In this document: positions 1 through 8,106 of the stretch, in pieces
How positions within the stretch are numbered: the stretch's first letter is position 1
Layout: the number at the start of each line of letters is the position of its first letter
NCBI GenBank assembly: GCA_044356425.1
Contig: JBIKWG010000002.1
Location: forward strand, 1-37,868
Direction: 5' to 3'
Origin: Bdellovibrionota bacterium
Lineage (GTDB): Bacteria > Bdellovibrionota_C > UBA2361 > OMII01
Length of the DNA: 37,868 nt
Program-made: the position numbers and the translations under genes
Notes under the pieces: generated by a model
The model's database searches: none
The model's input: the letters and a program-made list of their open reading frames with translations, nothing else
Told to the model about the DNA's origin: nothing

Positions 1-771
1 TATTACGCGACGCAGGTTGCGCCAGAGTTGGGGCTTCCACATCCTGGTAACCTTGACGAATTCATTCGGCAGCACCCGGGAATGACGTTTCGTGCAATTG
101 TATCGATAAATTGCGAACGAAACAACGTTGCTATCACCGAGGAACAGCTTGTGCGGTTTGCTGCAGAGGAAAAGACTCGTATTATGACTACCTTTGGCAC
201 GGAGGGCTTAGTTGCAACTCCGGGTACGCAGGAAGCCCTGGAGTATCTAACGCGGAACAACATCGCACATCCGATTGTTACAAGCAGCGCCTTTGACCGA
301 GCTTTGGTCAGCATTGAGGCAGCCGATCTGCATCCGTACTTTCAAAGGAATACGGTTTTTAGCGCCCAAGGGCATACGTATCAGGGAGATCCTAAGCCAG
401 CCCCAGGAATTTATAGGCACGCCTTTGACCACTATGCTCCAGATTCGGTGCATATTGCTGAAGAGGACTCCAAGACTGGGGCTACCGCCGCGTATCGTGC
501 AGGTGCCTTCGTTATCGGTAATGTCGGAGCGCTAAAAACTGTTGGGGCCCAGGTAGATCGCATGAAGCTGCTGTTGGAAGTTGGAGCCAGCATCGTTCTA
601 AACAATAACGAGTCGCTTATCCCGCTTATCGAGCATCTTAGGGGCTATCAGGATTCTTACTCGCGCGCCGGAGTTGAGAGATATCTCGCCAGTGGACGAT
701 TTCTGCCCGGATTTGTTGCGAGCGAGGGGCGTGAGGGAAGAACGGTTTGGGTAAACCGCCGAATCTTCTAG
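1..771 (+). CDS. HAD-superfamily hydrolase/phosphatase, 5' end cut by the window edge
   Basis: Frame 1 is open from nt 1 (YYATQVAPELGLPH...), so the listed ATG at 28 is probably internal. HAD motifs are visible: HPIVTSS (motif II), KPAPGIY (motif III Lys) and EEDSKTGATAAYRAGAFVIG (motif IV acidic pair). The DxD nucleophile motif would lie upstream of the window. Confidence 0.7.
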   Translation, partial: YYATQVAPELGLPHPGNLDEFIRQHPGMTFRAIVSINCERNNVAITEEQLVRFAAEEKTRIMTTFGTEGLVATPGTQEALEYLTRNNIAHPIVTSSAFDRALVSIEAADLHPYFQRNTVFSAQGHTYQGDPKPAPGIYRHAFDHYAPDSVHIAEEDSKTGATAAYRAGAFVIGNVGALKTVGAQVDRMKLLLEVGASIVLNNNESLIPLIEHLRGYQDSYSRAGVERYLASGRFLPGFVASEGREGRTVWVNRRIF

Positions 772-930
772 TTCCGACAGCTGGATTAGCGGATTGCAAT
801 AACCAGAGAGCGCCTTACACAAACATATCGTTAATTGAGAAGATTGGTGTTATAAAGCGCCGATCATGGCTAATTCCATCAGGTCTTCAGTTCCAAGCTT
901 ACAGTAACTATAAACCAGCCGGAAAACGAT

Positions 931-2397
931 ATGAACAGACTCTCCAACCAACAGCTATTAGCTCTACCAGCCGAAGTAAAGCGTCCTTTGTACGATCGCT
1001 CCAAGGTTACACCCGGAATAGTGCACATTGGTGTGGGTGGATTTCACCGCGCTCATCAGGCTGTTTATCTTGATGAGCTATTTAATCAGGGGCTTGGACA
1101 CGACTGGGGGCTAGTCGGATTAGGGCTCCTTGAGCACGACAAGGCAATGGCCGAGGCGCTCGCGCCACAAGATTGTTTATACACCGTAATAGAGCAGGAT
1201 ATCCGTGGTAATGCCGCGCGAGTAGTTGGCTCGATGGTAGATTTTGTTCATGCGCCGTCGAATCCTCAAAAGGCCATGGAGCTTTTGTGTGATCCTCAAA
1301 TTCGAATCGTTTCTATGACGATTACTGAGGGAGGATACAATATCGATCAAGCGACTGGCAGGTTTCTTACAACTAATCCAGCGATTCAAGAAGAGGCCAA
1401 GAGCACCTCACCGAAGTCAGTCTTTGGTTACGTAGTTGGAGCGCTTGCAGAGCGACGTAAACGTGGGATAGCGCCATTCACTATTTTGTCATGCGACAAT
1501 CTTGTTCACAACGGAAAGGTCGCAGCGCATGCTTTTTGCACATTTGCTGAGCTGCGTGACCCTGAGCTTGCAGAATGGATGCGCTCCTCGGTAGCGTTTC
1601 CAAATACTATGGTTGACCGCATTACCCCGGTAACTACGGCGCAGACCAAGTCGCTGGCCGCTGAGATGATTGAGGCCGAAGACCTATGGCCGGTAGCGTG
1701 CGAGTCCTTTAAGCAATGGGTAATTGAAGACAGCTTCTGTAATGGCCGTCCAGCATTTGAGCAGGTAGGCGCTCAGATGACGTCTGACGTTACACCTTAC
1801 GAGGTAATGAAGATTCGTCTCTTAAATGCCGGACACTCAGCTATTGGCTACCTTGGATATCTGTGTGGATTTGAGCATATCTTTGAGATTATGGGAGATG
1901 GGGACTTTCAGAAGTTTATTAATAAATTCTGGAATGAGGAGGTAACCGCCCATGTTAAAGAAGTGCCTGGGGTAGACCTTGGGGAATACAAGCGCTCTCT
2001 GTTCGAGCGTTTTTCGAACCCAAATATCAGAGATCAGAGCCTGCGTATCTGCTCTGACGGATCAAATAAGCTACCAAAGTTCCTCCTTCCTACAATCAGA
2101 GAAGCGTTGCACAAGGGCGCTCCAATCAAGTTAATGAGTCTGGTTGTTGCCTCGTGGATGCGCTTTATGAACGGCATCGATGAGAAGGGACAGCCTATTC
2201 CAATAAACGATCCGCGTGGAGAATCACTACAGTTAATCGCTCAACGTGGTGGAGAGAGTCCTGGTGACCTCCTCAAAGTAGACGAGGTCTTTGGAGACCT
2301 AGGTACAAATGAAAGGTTCACCGCTGAGGTAGGCGCAGCACTCCGAAGCCTTTATCAGTTAGGTGCACGCAAAACAGTCCAGAGCTACATCGGTTAG
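931..2397 (+). CDS. Long-chain mannitol dehydrogenase family oxidoreductase (mannitol 2-dehydrogenase / polyol dehydrogenase-like)
   Basis: 488 aa. The N-terminal dinucleotide fold GIVHIGVGGFHRAHQAVYLDELF is typical of the ~490-aa mannitol_dh family (MtlK/UxuB/DalD type). VSMTITEGGY and ILSCDNLVHNG fit the same family. Confidence 0.85.
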   Translation: MNRLSNQQLLALPAEVKRPLYDRSKVTPGIVHIGVGGFHRAHQAVYLDELFNQGLGHDWGLVGLGLLEHDKAMAEALAPQDCLYTVIEQDIRGNAARVVGSMVDFVHAPSNPQKAMELLCDPQIRIVSMTITEGGYNIDQATGRFLTTNPAIQEEAKSTSPKSVFGYVVGALAERRKRGIAPFTILSCDNLVHNGKVAAHAFCTFAELRDPELAEWMRSSVAFPNTMVDRITPVTTAQTKSLAAEMIEAEDLWPVACESFKQWVIEDSFCNGRPAFEQVGAQMTSDVTPYEVMKIRLLNAGHSAIGYLGYLCGFEHIFEIMGDGDFQKFINKFWNEEVTAHVKEVPGVDLGEYKRSLFERFSNPNIRDQSLRICSDGSNKLPKFLLPTIREALHKGAPIKLMSLVVASWMRFMNGIDEKGQPIPINDPRGESLQLIAQRGGESPGDLLKVDEVFGDLGTNERFTAEVGAALRSLYQLGARKTVQSYIG

Positions 2398-2401
2398 GAA
2401 G

Positions 2402-2431
2402 GCAGCAGGCTCTCTCAGTCCTACTGCTTTT
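2402..2431 (+). terminator. Likely intrinsic terminator of the mannitol-dehydrogenase-family gene
   Basis: gcagcagg (2402-2409) pairs with cctactgc (2420-2427) at 7 of 8 positions. The loop is 10 nt and TTTT follows at 2428-2431. It starts 5 nt after the TAG stop. Confidence 0.5.
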
Positions 2432-2453
2432 CACGATGGATCTGAAATCCAGC

Positions 2454-2513
2454 TGCTCTCGACAGCATCGCCGATGTCTTAACGAATAGTTATTGCCGGT
2501 GCTGTCGGGAGCG
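2454..2513 (+). promoter_or_regulatory. 17-bp-stem hairpin / imperfect inverted repeat in the leader of the TerC-family gene
   Basis: tgctctcgacagcatcg (2454-2470) pairs with cggtgctgtcgggagcg (2497-2513). That gives 14 Watson-Crick and 3 G-U pairs with a 26-nt loop, checked base by base. Function unknown. Confidence 0.4.
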
Positions 2514-2522
2514 TGACGCAGC

Positions 2523-2551
2523 GAAGCGCACAAATCAAAGGGGTGCGCTTC
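2523..2551 (+). promoter_or_regulatory. GC-rich stem-loop 25 nt upstream of the TerC-family start (possible attenuator element)
   Basis: gaagcgcac (2523-2531) pairs perfectly with gtgcgcttc (2543-2551), with an 11-nt loop. It is followed by ttataaaaaaa, which is not a classical U-tract. AGGA lies 9 nt before the GTG at 2576. Confidence 0.3.
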
Positions 2552-2575
2552 TTATAAAAAAACAGGAATCCACCA

Positions 2576-3607
2576 GTGAATAGTGCGCAACATCAGCATA
2601 TCTTTCCGTTTATAGATTTCTGGCCGGTTTACCTCTTCTTTTCTCTTGGGGTGGCCGTCTTGCTTTGGGGGTCGTTGCGTACTGTTTACAAAAAGACGCA
2701 CGAGGTTTCGATTCGTGAGGCAACGGTTTCGGCGCTCTCCTGGTTTGGGATAGCGATGCTTTTTAATCTTACCTTCTATCTTTTTACGCTGTGGTATCTT
2801 GGGCGTAATCCGCAGGTAACAGAAGCGTTTGGAGTCCCCGCAGACGTGCTGGCTCGTCAAACTGCGCTAGAGTTTCTGTCTGGATATCTGGTCGAAAAAT
2901 CGTTAGCAGTCGACAACCTTTTTGTCTTTATCGTTATCTTTCGTTTCTTCTCAATCCCAAGCCAATTTCAGCAGCGGGTGCTGTATTACGGACTCTTTGG
3001 AGCGCTAGTGCTGCGAGCGATCTTTATCGCTATGGGTGCAGCAGTCATGGAGATTGAGCTAATTGTCCATCTGTTCGGAGTGTTTCTGATGTATCAGGGA
3101 ATCTCAGTGCTGCGCGGCAAAGAGCCAGAGATCGATCCGCAGAAGAATCGAACGCTGAGACTTCTGCATAAGCTTCTGCCTGTATCAAATTCGTTAGAGG
3201 GAGAGCGATTTTTCGTTCGTCATGCAGGAAAACTTATGGCTACACCGCTCTTCCTTGCGTTGGTGTTTGTTGAGATTACAGACATCATGTTTGCGTTCGA
3301 TTCAGTGCCGGCTATCTTTGGCTTGACCCGAGAGCCGCTTGTTGTCTTTACCTCGAATATCTTTGCTGTAATTGATCTTCGGGCACTCTACTTTCTATTG
3401 GCGGCCTTTATTTGGCGATTTCACTTTCTTAATGTTGGCCTCTCTCTGGTGTTGGTCTTCATCGGCGCAAAGATGGCGTTTCTTGAGTATGCTCTTGGCG
3501 CTCCCGTGCCTACGGAGATCTCTTTGCTAATCGTTCTAGGGTTGATACTAGGCTCAATAATTCTCTCGTTGGCGAAGCCCGCGAAGCCTCCCAAGCTTGA
3601 AGTATAG
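2576..3607 (+). CDS. TerC/Alx-family integral membrane protein
   Basis: 343 aa, multi-pass, GTG start. The TerC signature FLSGYLVEKSLAVDNLFVFIVIF is present, with a second half-repeat ITDIMFAFDSVPAIFGLT. Confidence 0.85.
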   Translation: MNSAQHQHIFPFIDFWPVYLFFSLGVAVLLWGSLRTVYKKTHEVSIREATVSALSWFGIAMLFNLTFYLFTLWYLGRNPQVTEAFGVPADVLARQTALEFLSGYLVEKSLAVDNLFVFIVIFRFFSIPSQFQQRVLYYGLFGALVLRAIFIAMGAAVMEIELIVHLFGVFLMYQGISVLRGKEPEIDPQKNRTLRLLHKLLPVSNSLEGERFFVRHAGKLMATPLFLALVFVEITDIMFAFDSVPAIFGLTREPLVVFTSNIFAVIDLRALYFLLAAFIWRFHFLNVGLSLVLVFIGAKMAFLEYALGAPVPTEISLLIVLGLILGSIILSLAKPAKPPKLEV

Positions 3608-3612
3608 AGCGA

Positions 3613-3637
3613 GTGCTCGTCCTTTTGCGGAGGGCAC
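3613..3637. terminator. Weak stem-loop between the convergent TerC-family and amtB genes
   Basis: gtgctc (3613-3618) pairs with gggcac (3632-3637), including one G-U, with a 13-nt loop. No clear U-tract on either strand. Confidence 0.2.
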
Positions 3638-3646
3638 CACTGCGCT

Positions 3647-5035
3647 CTACAGATTAACGACTTTTCGTGGCTCGCGTTCCGTTGGCGCAGCTTCAAAATC
3701 GCCGTTAAGGCTTTCGCCGTGTTGGCTCAGGTCGAGACCAAGCTCTTCATCTTCAGAACTGACACGCAGAGGAATTATGAGGTGTGTCAGTTGGTAGAGC
3801 ATGTACGACCCGATTAGTGCGAATACCGTTACGATCCCTAGCGCGTAAACGTGGCTCACAAAGGTAGTGCTTTCTCCGCTCAGGAGCCCAACATTATCAG
3901 CAAAGACAGCTGTCAGCACCATCCCAACCATTCCGCCGACGCCGTGGCACGGGAATACGTCCAGGGTGTCATCGAGATCAGTTTTGCTTCTCCAGTGAAC
4001 GGCGCAGTTGCTGATGATGCTGGCTGCCATGCCGATGAAGATGCTGGCGCCGACGTTAACAAATCCAGCGGCGGGAGTTATCGCTACCAATCCGACTACG
4101 GCTCCGATGCACGCGCCGAGGGCAGATGGTTTGCGCCCCTTTACACAGTCAAAGAATATCCAGCTAAGCATAGCGGCGGCAGAGGCGGTGTTGGTGGTCA
4201 GGAACGCCTTTGCCGCGAGTCCATTGGCAGCGAGCGCCGAGCCTGCATTAAATCCGAACCAACCAAACCACAGCATTCCAGTGCCAAGCAGAACGTAGGG
4301 GATGTGCGCTGGAGAGTGCTGAGTATTTCGCTGGTGGCCATCACGAGGTCCGAGAAAAAGCGCCCCTGCTAGAGCAGCAAGGCCGCCTGCCATGTGCACA
4401 ACGGTGCCCCCCGCGAAGTCAAGCACGCCCCAGCTGCGCAGAAACCCCTGCGGGTGCCATGTCCAGTGGGCCAGTGGGCAATAGATCGCTAGCGAGAAGA
4501 GGCAGACAAAGAGCATGTAGCTTGAAAACCTGACGCGCTGGGCAAATGCCCCGGTGATAAGCGCTGGAGTGATGATTGCAAACTTAAGTTGAAAAAGGGC
4601 GAACAGGGCAAGTGGTATGGAAGGCGACAGCGTGGGGTGAGTCGATTCGGATACACCTCTGAACATGAAAAAAGTTCGAGGGTCTCCGATGATGCCACCA
4701 ACAGAGTCGCCAAAGGCGAGGCTAAATCCTACTACTACCCACAGCACAGAGATCAATCCCATGGCGATGAAGCTCTGAAGCATCGTGGAGAGCACGTTGC
4801 GTCTATCAACCATCCCTCCATAAAAGAATGATAGCCCGGGGGTCATGAGTAATACGAGCGCGGTAGCCGTAAGCATCCAAGCGGTGTCCCCGGCATTAAT
4901 TGGTATGCCATGTGGATCGGATGACACCGAGCCTTCTAGTGCGCCAAGAATGCTAAGAAACAAGAGTACGGCGAGGGGGATGGCCCATAGATTGGGTCTT
5001 CGAGAGATAGTCTTAGTAGCAGCCATAGCCATCAA
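3647..5035 (-). CDS. amtB: Ammonium transporter (Amt family)
   Basis: Multi-pass membrane protein with Amt signatures DFAGGTVVHMAGGLAALAGALFLGPR and LWFGWFGFNAGSA. The ORF-track start is TTG at 5035; an ATG follows immediately at 5032. Confidence 0.9.
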   Translation of the reverse strand: MMAMAATKTISRRPNLWAIPLAVLLFLSILGALEGSVSSDPHGIPINAGDTAWMLTATALVLLMTPGLSFFYGGMVDRRNVLSTMLQSFIAMGLISVLWVVVGFSLAFGDSVGGIIGDPRTFFMFRGVSESTHPTLSPSIPLALFALFQLKFAIITPALITGAFAQRVRFSSYMLFVCLFSLAIYCPLAHWTWHPQGFLRSWGVLDFAGGTVVHMAGGLAALAGALFLGPRDGHQRNTQHSPAHIPYVLLGTGMLWFGWFGFNAGSALAANGLAAKAFLTTNTASAAAMLSWIFFDCVKGRKPSALGACIGAVVGLVAITPAAGFVNVGASIFIGMAASIISNCAVHWRSKTDLDDTLDVFPCHGVGGMVGMVLTAVFADNVGLLSGESTTFVSHVYALGIVTVFALIGSYMLYQLTHLIIPLRVSSEDEELGLDLSQHGESLNGDFEAAPTEREPRKVVNL

Positions 5036-5080
5036 GGATAACCTAATTTAAGGTTTGTTTACAATAAATAACACCCCTTT

Positions 5081-5109
5081 AAGGATATCCAACGCGTGTT
5101 TAGTTGTAA
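5081..5109 (-). promoter_or_regulatory. Candidate sigma70-type promoter for amtB
   Basis: The minus strand reads TTTACA (5109-5104), a 17-nt spacer, then TATCCT (5086-5081), about 45 nt upstream of the start. Pattern match only. Confidence 0.25.
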
Positions 5110-5369
5110 ATGGTGGTGCTTTTATCTTAACTATAACTTCTGCTTGGATGGCGCTCGTCAGTGTTTAACCAGGTATAGCAAATGGCGACAGCCCGCGTTG
5201 TGCCGTTTGTTGTCTTAACTTCTATGGTGCGTCGACCTGCATCCTGAGTAGCAGGCGCACCTCTAAGAGCCATAGTTTTTGCGAGGCACGTCTGGCGGGC
5301 TCTATATCAGCTACATTTGATTATAGACCCCGAAGTCTTGCACTAGAGACACCAGCGCTCTCTGCTGCC

Positions 5370-8021
5370 CTACTTAGCTACTACAATAGTGTTTTCGGTG
5401 CTGCTGTATCCGCCAGTGCCATCGCTGCAGATAAAATGGAGCTGTAACGACCGGCCGCGCAGCTCTGGGCCCACACTGAGGTGATATTCAGAGCCGATGA
5501 GTGTGCCCGGTTCTCCAGCCCAGCGTGACCATGAGGTGGTAAATCCTTCGGGATCAGAGCAGGCGAGTGACAGCCTAACGTCATCACCTACCTTGGCAGT
5601 TGTTGGCTCTGGGCTGCTGCGTGAGATGAGCGGTCTGCGGTTTCGATTAACGTGCGTGCTTGGATCTTGGCTGTTGTAGAAATTTCTCAGCGATGAATCG
5701 GTTACCGCCTCGTTTGGCCACAAAAAGGTAATAAACGCCGGTGTGCCGGCCATCGTGCGGTTTCGCGCTGTTGCAATTACTGGTATGCGACTGCGCGGAA
5801 AACGATCAGAATACGAAGCAGATACTACAAATTGGGTTGGGCCCTCTTGCGTGATCTGAATCAGAGAGCTTTGTTCAGGATAGAGTGCCGCCACATGATA
5901 AGTTAATGGCTCACCGAGAAGATCATAGGAAGCAGCAAAATTAATGCGCAGCGACACCTTCTCGTCTTGTTTGCCCCATACTCGCGCTGTAGTGGGAAGC
6001 ATCAACTTAATGTGATTTCTTCCGACATCCCAGTTGGATGTTTCAAGAACCTGGCCGTTCGGTGCTGTCACTGAATAGTCTACCAGGGACATGATCGTCA
6101 CAGGAGGTGTGGCCGTGCCGAAGGTAGACGCTAAGCGCAACATCTCGCGCATGTGGAGGCCCTCGTTGTACTGATGATAAGACGAGTTGTAAGAGAACCA
6201 TCCCTCACCAGGTTGCTCGCCGGTCGCCAGGTATACGGGGCGATGTCGAAGCTCATGCCCAAACGGCAGCGGATTGCCGGCTCCATCAGCATACGGCAAG
6301 GAGGCTCTCCAGAGCCATTGAAGGGCAGCGGCATAATTGCCAGTCGCCTTGAGGCGACGCTTCGTTTCAGGAGGAAGCGCAGAGGCCGCTATTGTGAGCT
6401 TGTTAATTGCTGGAAAATCACTGCCGATTTCACCCATCGTCGTGAGCAGGTGGGTGAAGAGACTATCGTAAGAATCGATGGTTTCATCCTCGAATGTATC
6501 ACCATATGACCGACCAGAGGGTGTGGTCTGCAGCGTATTCTGGAAGAAGCTATCACGCTCTACCGCCGAGCTGTCACTTAATTGTGACATTGGAACTGAG
6601 TGTCCGCCATCGGTGTGCGAGCGGCTATTAAAGGTAATGCCTCGATTTGCAAGGCAGGCCATACCGTATTTTGAGAGGTTTTTTTGGTCGGGTAGCAGCG
6701 GCATGGCACTGGTTCCGGTGAACACTAAGGCTTGCGATGAAAGCCGAGTGGGCTGCGAATTTGCACGCCACAACGGAGAAAATGGTGGCGCGTTCTCGGA
6801 GTTTTGTATGGACACAACATCGTCAAACGATCCGGCCGTGTTGTTATCATTCGTGCCGGTCATCGCTCCAAATGGTCGATTGTCTGAAGGATTGCTTTTC
6901 GGATTAAGATATACGAAGAGCCGCTCGCTCTCGGGTAGGATCTGAATCAGTGGATCAAGTGGCGCATTGGCATTTGGTGCGCCCCAATCAACCGCGCTAA
7001 GCGATAGCTCCTCTGTTGAGTAGTAGGGATTCTGTTGACTACCATCGGTAGTCGGCACGCGGACGGCCTTGATTGGCAGTGTTCCGCTGACCTCGGCGCC
7101 ATTTATGAGGGTTGCTGTCAGGCGAATCAAGAAATTCCCCGGCTCCGATAGCGAGCACGATTCGGTCATGTCGTTGATTCCCTCGCTTGTGCAGGTGCCA
7201 TTAGGAATTGTAGCGGTCACCTTTGTCGCGGCCAGCTGGGATTTAAAAGTTGCGCGCACCGGTACGTTAATGGTGGCACCAGCAGGATCTAATAGAAACG
7301 TAGCGCCATTCGTCGGGCGTGTAAAAGAAAATGAGCCCTCGCCCGGCAGGGTCGCAAACACATCGATTGTTATCGGGTCAGACTGCACGGTGGCGCCTTT
7401 GCTGTTAAATGCTTCAGCATGGATCGTAAATGTGCCAGGAGTAACCTGAGTCCAGGCACATTTATATGGAGGGCGATAGACTGCGCACAGAACCTGCTTT
7501 TCATGAATAAATCGAACGCTGGTAATAGCGTTATCGGGATCCGCAGCTACGGCAACAAAAGATACCGGGTTCGTAGACGAAAAGAGTGCACCGTCAGCAG
7601 GTGAAGTGATTCGAATGTTGGATGCAGGGGATAGTGCCGCAGCAGTAGGGGTGTCGGCTTGCTGAGGAATTTTGTTCTTCGGGCTAGAGGCTTTGTTAAC
7701 AGGCGGCGCCTCCTTGCGTTCGAAAACCGCCCAAACCCGACCCGCTGACTCAGGTTGAATTGCAATCCAATAAATAAATAAAAGAATCGCTAGAAGAGCA
7801 AAAATGACAGCCAGAGCGTTGCGAAGCTCTTTTCCGAAGCGCTGGCTGCTGAATGCTTCCTCGCGCCCTCGTCTTCCAAAGCTCTCTCGAGTTGCATCGA
7901 CAATACTGCGCTCCCATTCAGGGGTCGACTGGGCCAGATTTCTTGCAGTATCAACCGCAAGACACTCAGCACAGAGCGCCTTGCCTCGGACGGCTTCTTT
8001 GTCGCATTTAAGGCACTGCAT
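5370..8021 (-). CDS. Orphan envelope protein: N-terminal zinc ribbon, one TM helix, Ig-like modules, large unassigned core with an HExxH motif
   Basis: 883-aa uninterrupted ORF. CLKC-x10-CAEC at aa 3-21. TM helix NALAVIFALLAILLFIYWIAIQP. Ig-like segments at aa ~135-320 and ~803-883. HELRH at aa 589-593 (nt 6243-6257). Confidence 0.8.
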   Translation of the reverse strand: MQCLKCDKEAVRGKALCAECLAVDTARNLAQSTPEWERSIVDATRESFGRRGREEAFSSQRFGKELRNALAVIFALLAILLFIYWIAIQPESAGRVWAVFERKEAPPVNKASSPKNKIPQQADTPTAAALSPASNIRITSPADGALFSSTNPVSFVAVAADPDNAITSVRFIHEKQVLCAVYRPPYKCAWTQVTPGTFTIHAEAFNSKGATVQSDPITIDVFATLPGEGSFSFTRPTNGATFLLDPAGATINVPVRATFKSQLAATKVTATIPNGTCTSEGINDMTESCSLSEPGNFLIRLTATLINGAEVSGTLPIKAVRVPTTDGSQQNPYYSTEELSLSAVDWGAPNANAPLDPLIQILPESERLFVYLNPKSNPSDNRPFGAMTGTNDNNTAGSFDDVVSIQNSENAPPFSPLWRANSQPTRLSSQALVFTGTSAMPLLPDQKNLSKYGMACLANRGITFNSRSHTDGGHSVPMSQLSDSSAVERDSFFQNTLQTTPSGRSYGDTFEDETIDSYDSLFTHLLTTMGEIGSDFPAINKLTIAASALPPETKRRLKATGNYAAALQWLWRASLPYADGAGNPLPFGHELRHRPVYLATGEQPGEGWFSYNSSYHQYNEGLHMREMLRLASTFGTATPPVTIMSLVDYSVTAPNGQVLETSNWDVGRNHIKLMLPTTARVWGKQDEKVSLRINFAASYDLLGEPLTYHVAALYPEQSSLIQITQEGPTQFVVSASYSDRFPRSRIPVIATARNRTMAGTPAFITFLWPNEAVTDSSLRNFYNSQDPSTHVNRNRRPLISRSSPEPTTAKVGDDVRLSLACSDPEGFTTSWSRWAGEPGTLIGSEYHLSVGPELRGRSLQLHFICSDGTGGYSSTENTIVVAK

Positions 8022-8106
8022 GAGGAGGTGTGTATAAAATTGCTAGCCGCTAGATCGTTTCTGCCTGCAGGATACAGCTAGCTCGTGTATGCCGCAATTA
8101 GTTGAA

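Noticed and set aside
2433-2575. The yybP-ykoY (Mn2+) riboswitch expected upstream of a TerC/Alx gene.
   Set aside because: The conserved GGGGAGUAG and UUGACAUA loops are absent. The only AAAGGGG sits in a hairpin loop 30 nt from the start codon. The region is kept only as an unclassified structured leader.
3851-4372. A 173-aa plus-strand ORF, and a 96-aa one at 4008-4298, inside amtB.
   Set aside because: They are antisense to a confidently identified Amt transporter. Their composition (Gly/Ala/Arg-rich) is the typical mirror of a membrane-protein gene.
5036-5369. A sigma54 (TGGCAC-N5-TTGC) promoter, NtrC or NtcA sites, or a glnK gene upstream of amtB.
   Set aside because: Scanning both strands found no GG-N10-GC element with the right spacing and no GTA-N8-TAC. 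No PII-like ORF is present. Only a weak sigma70-like match remains.
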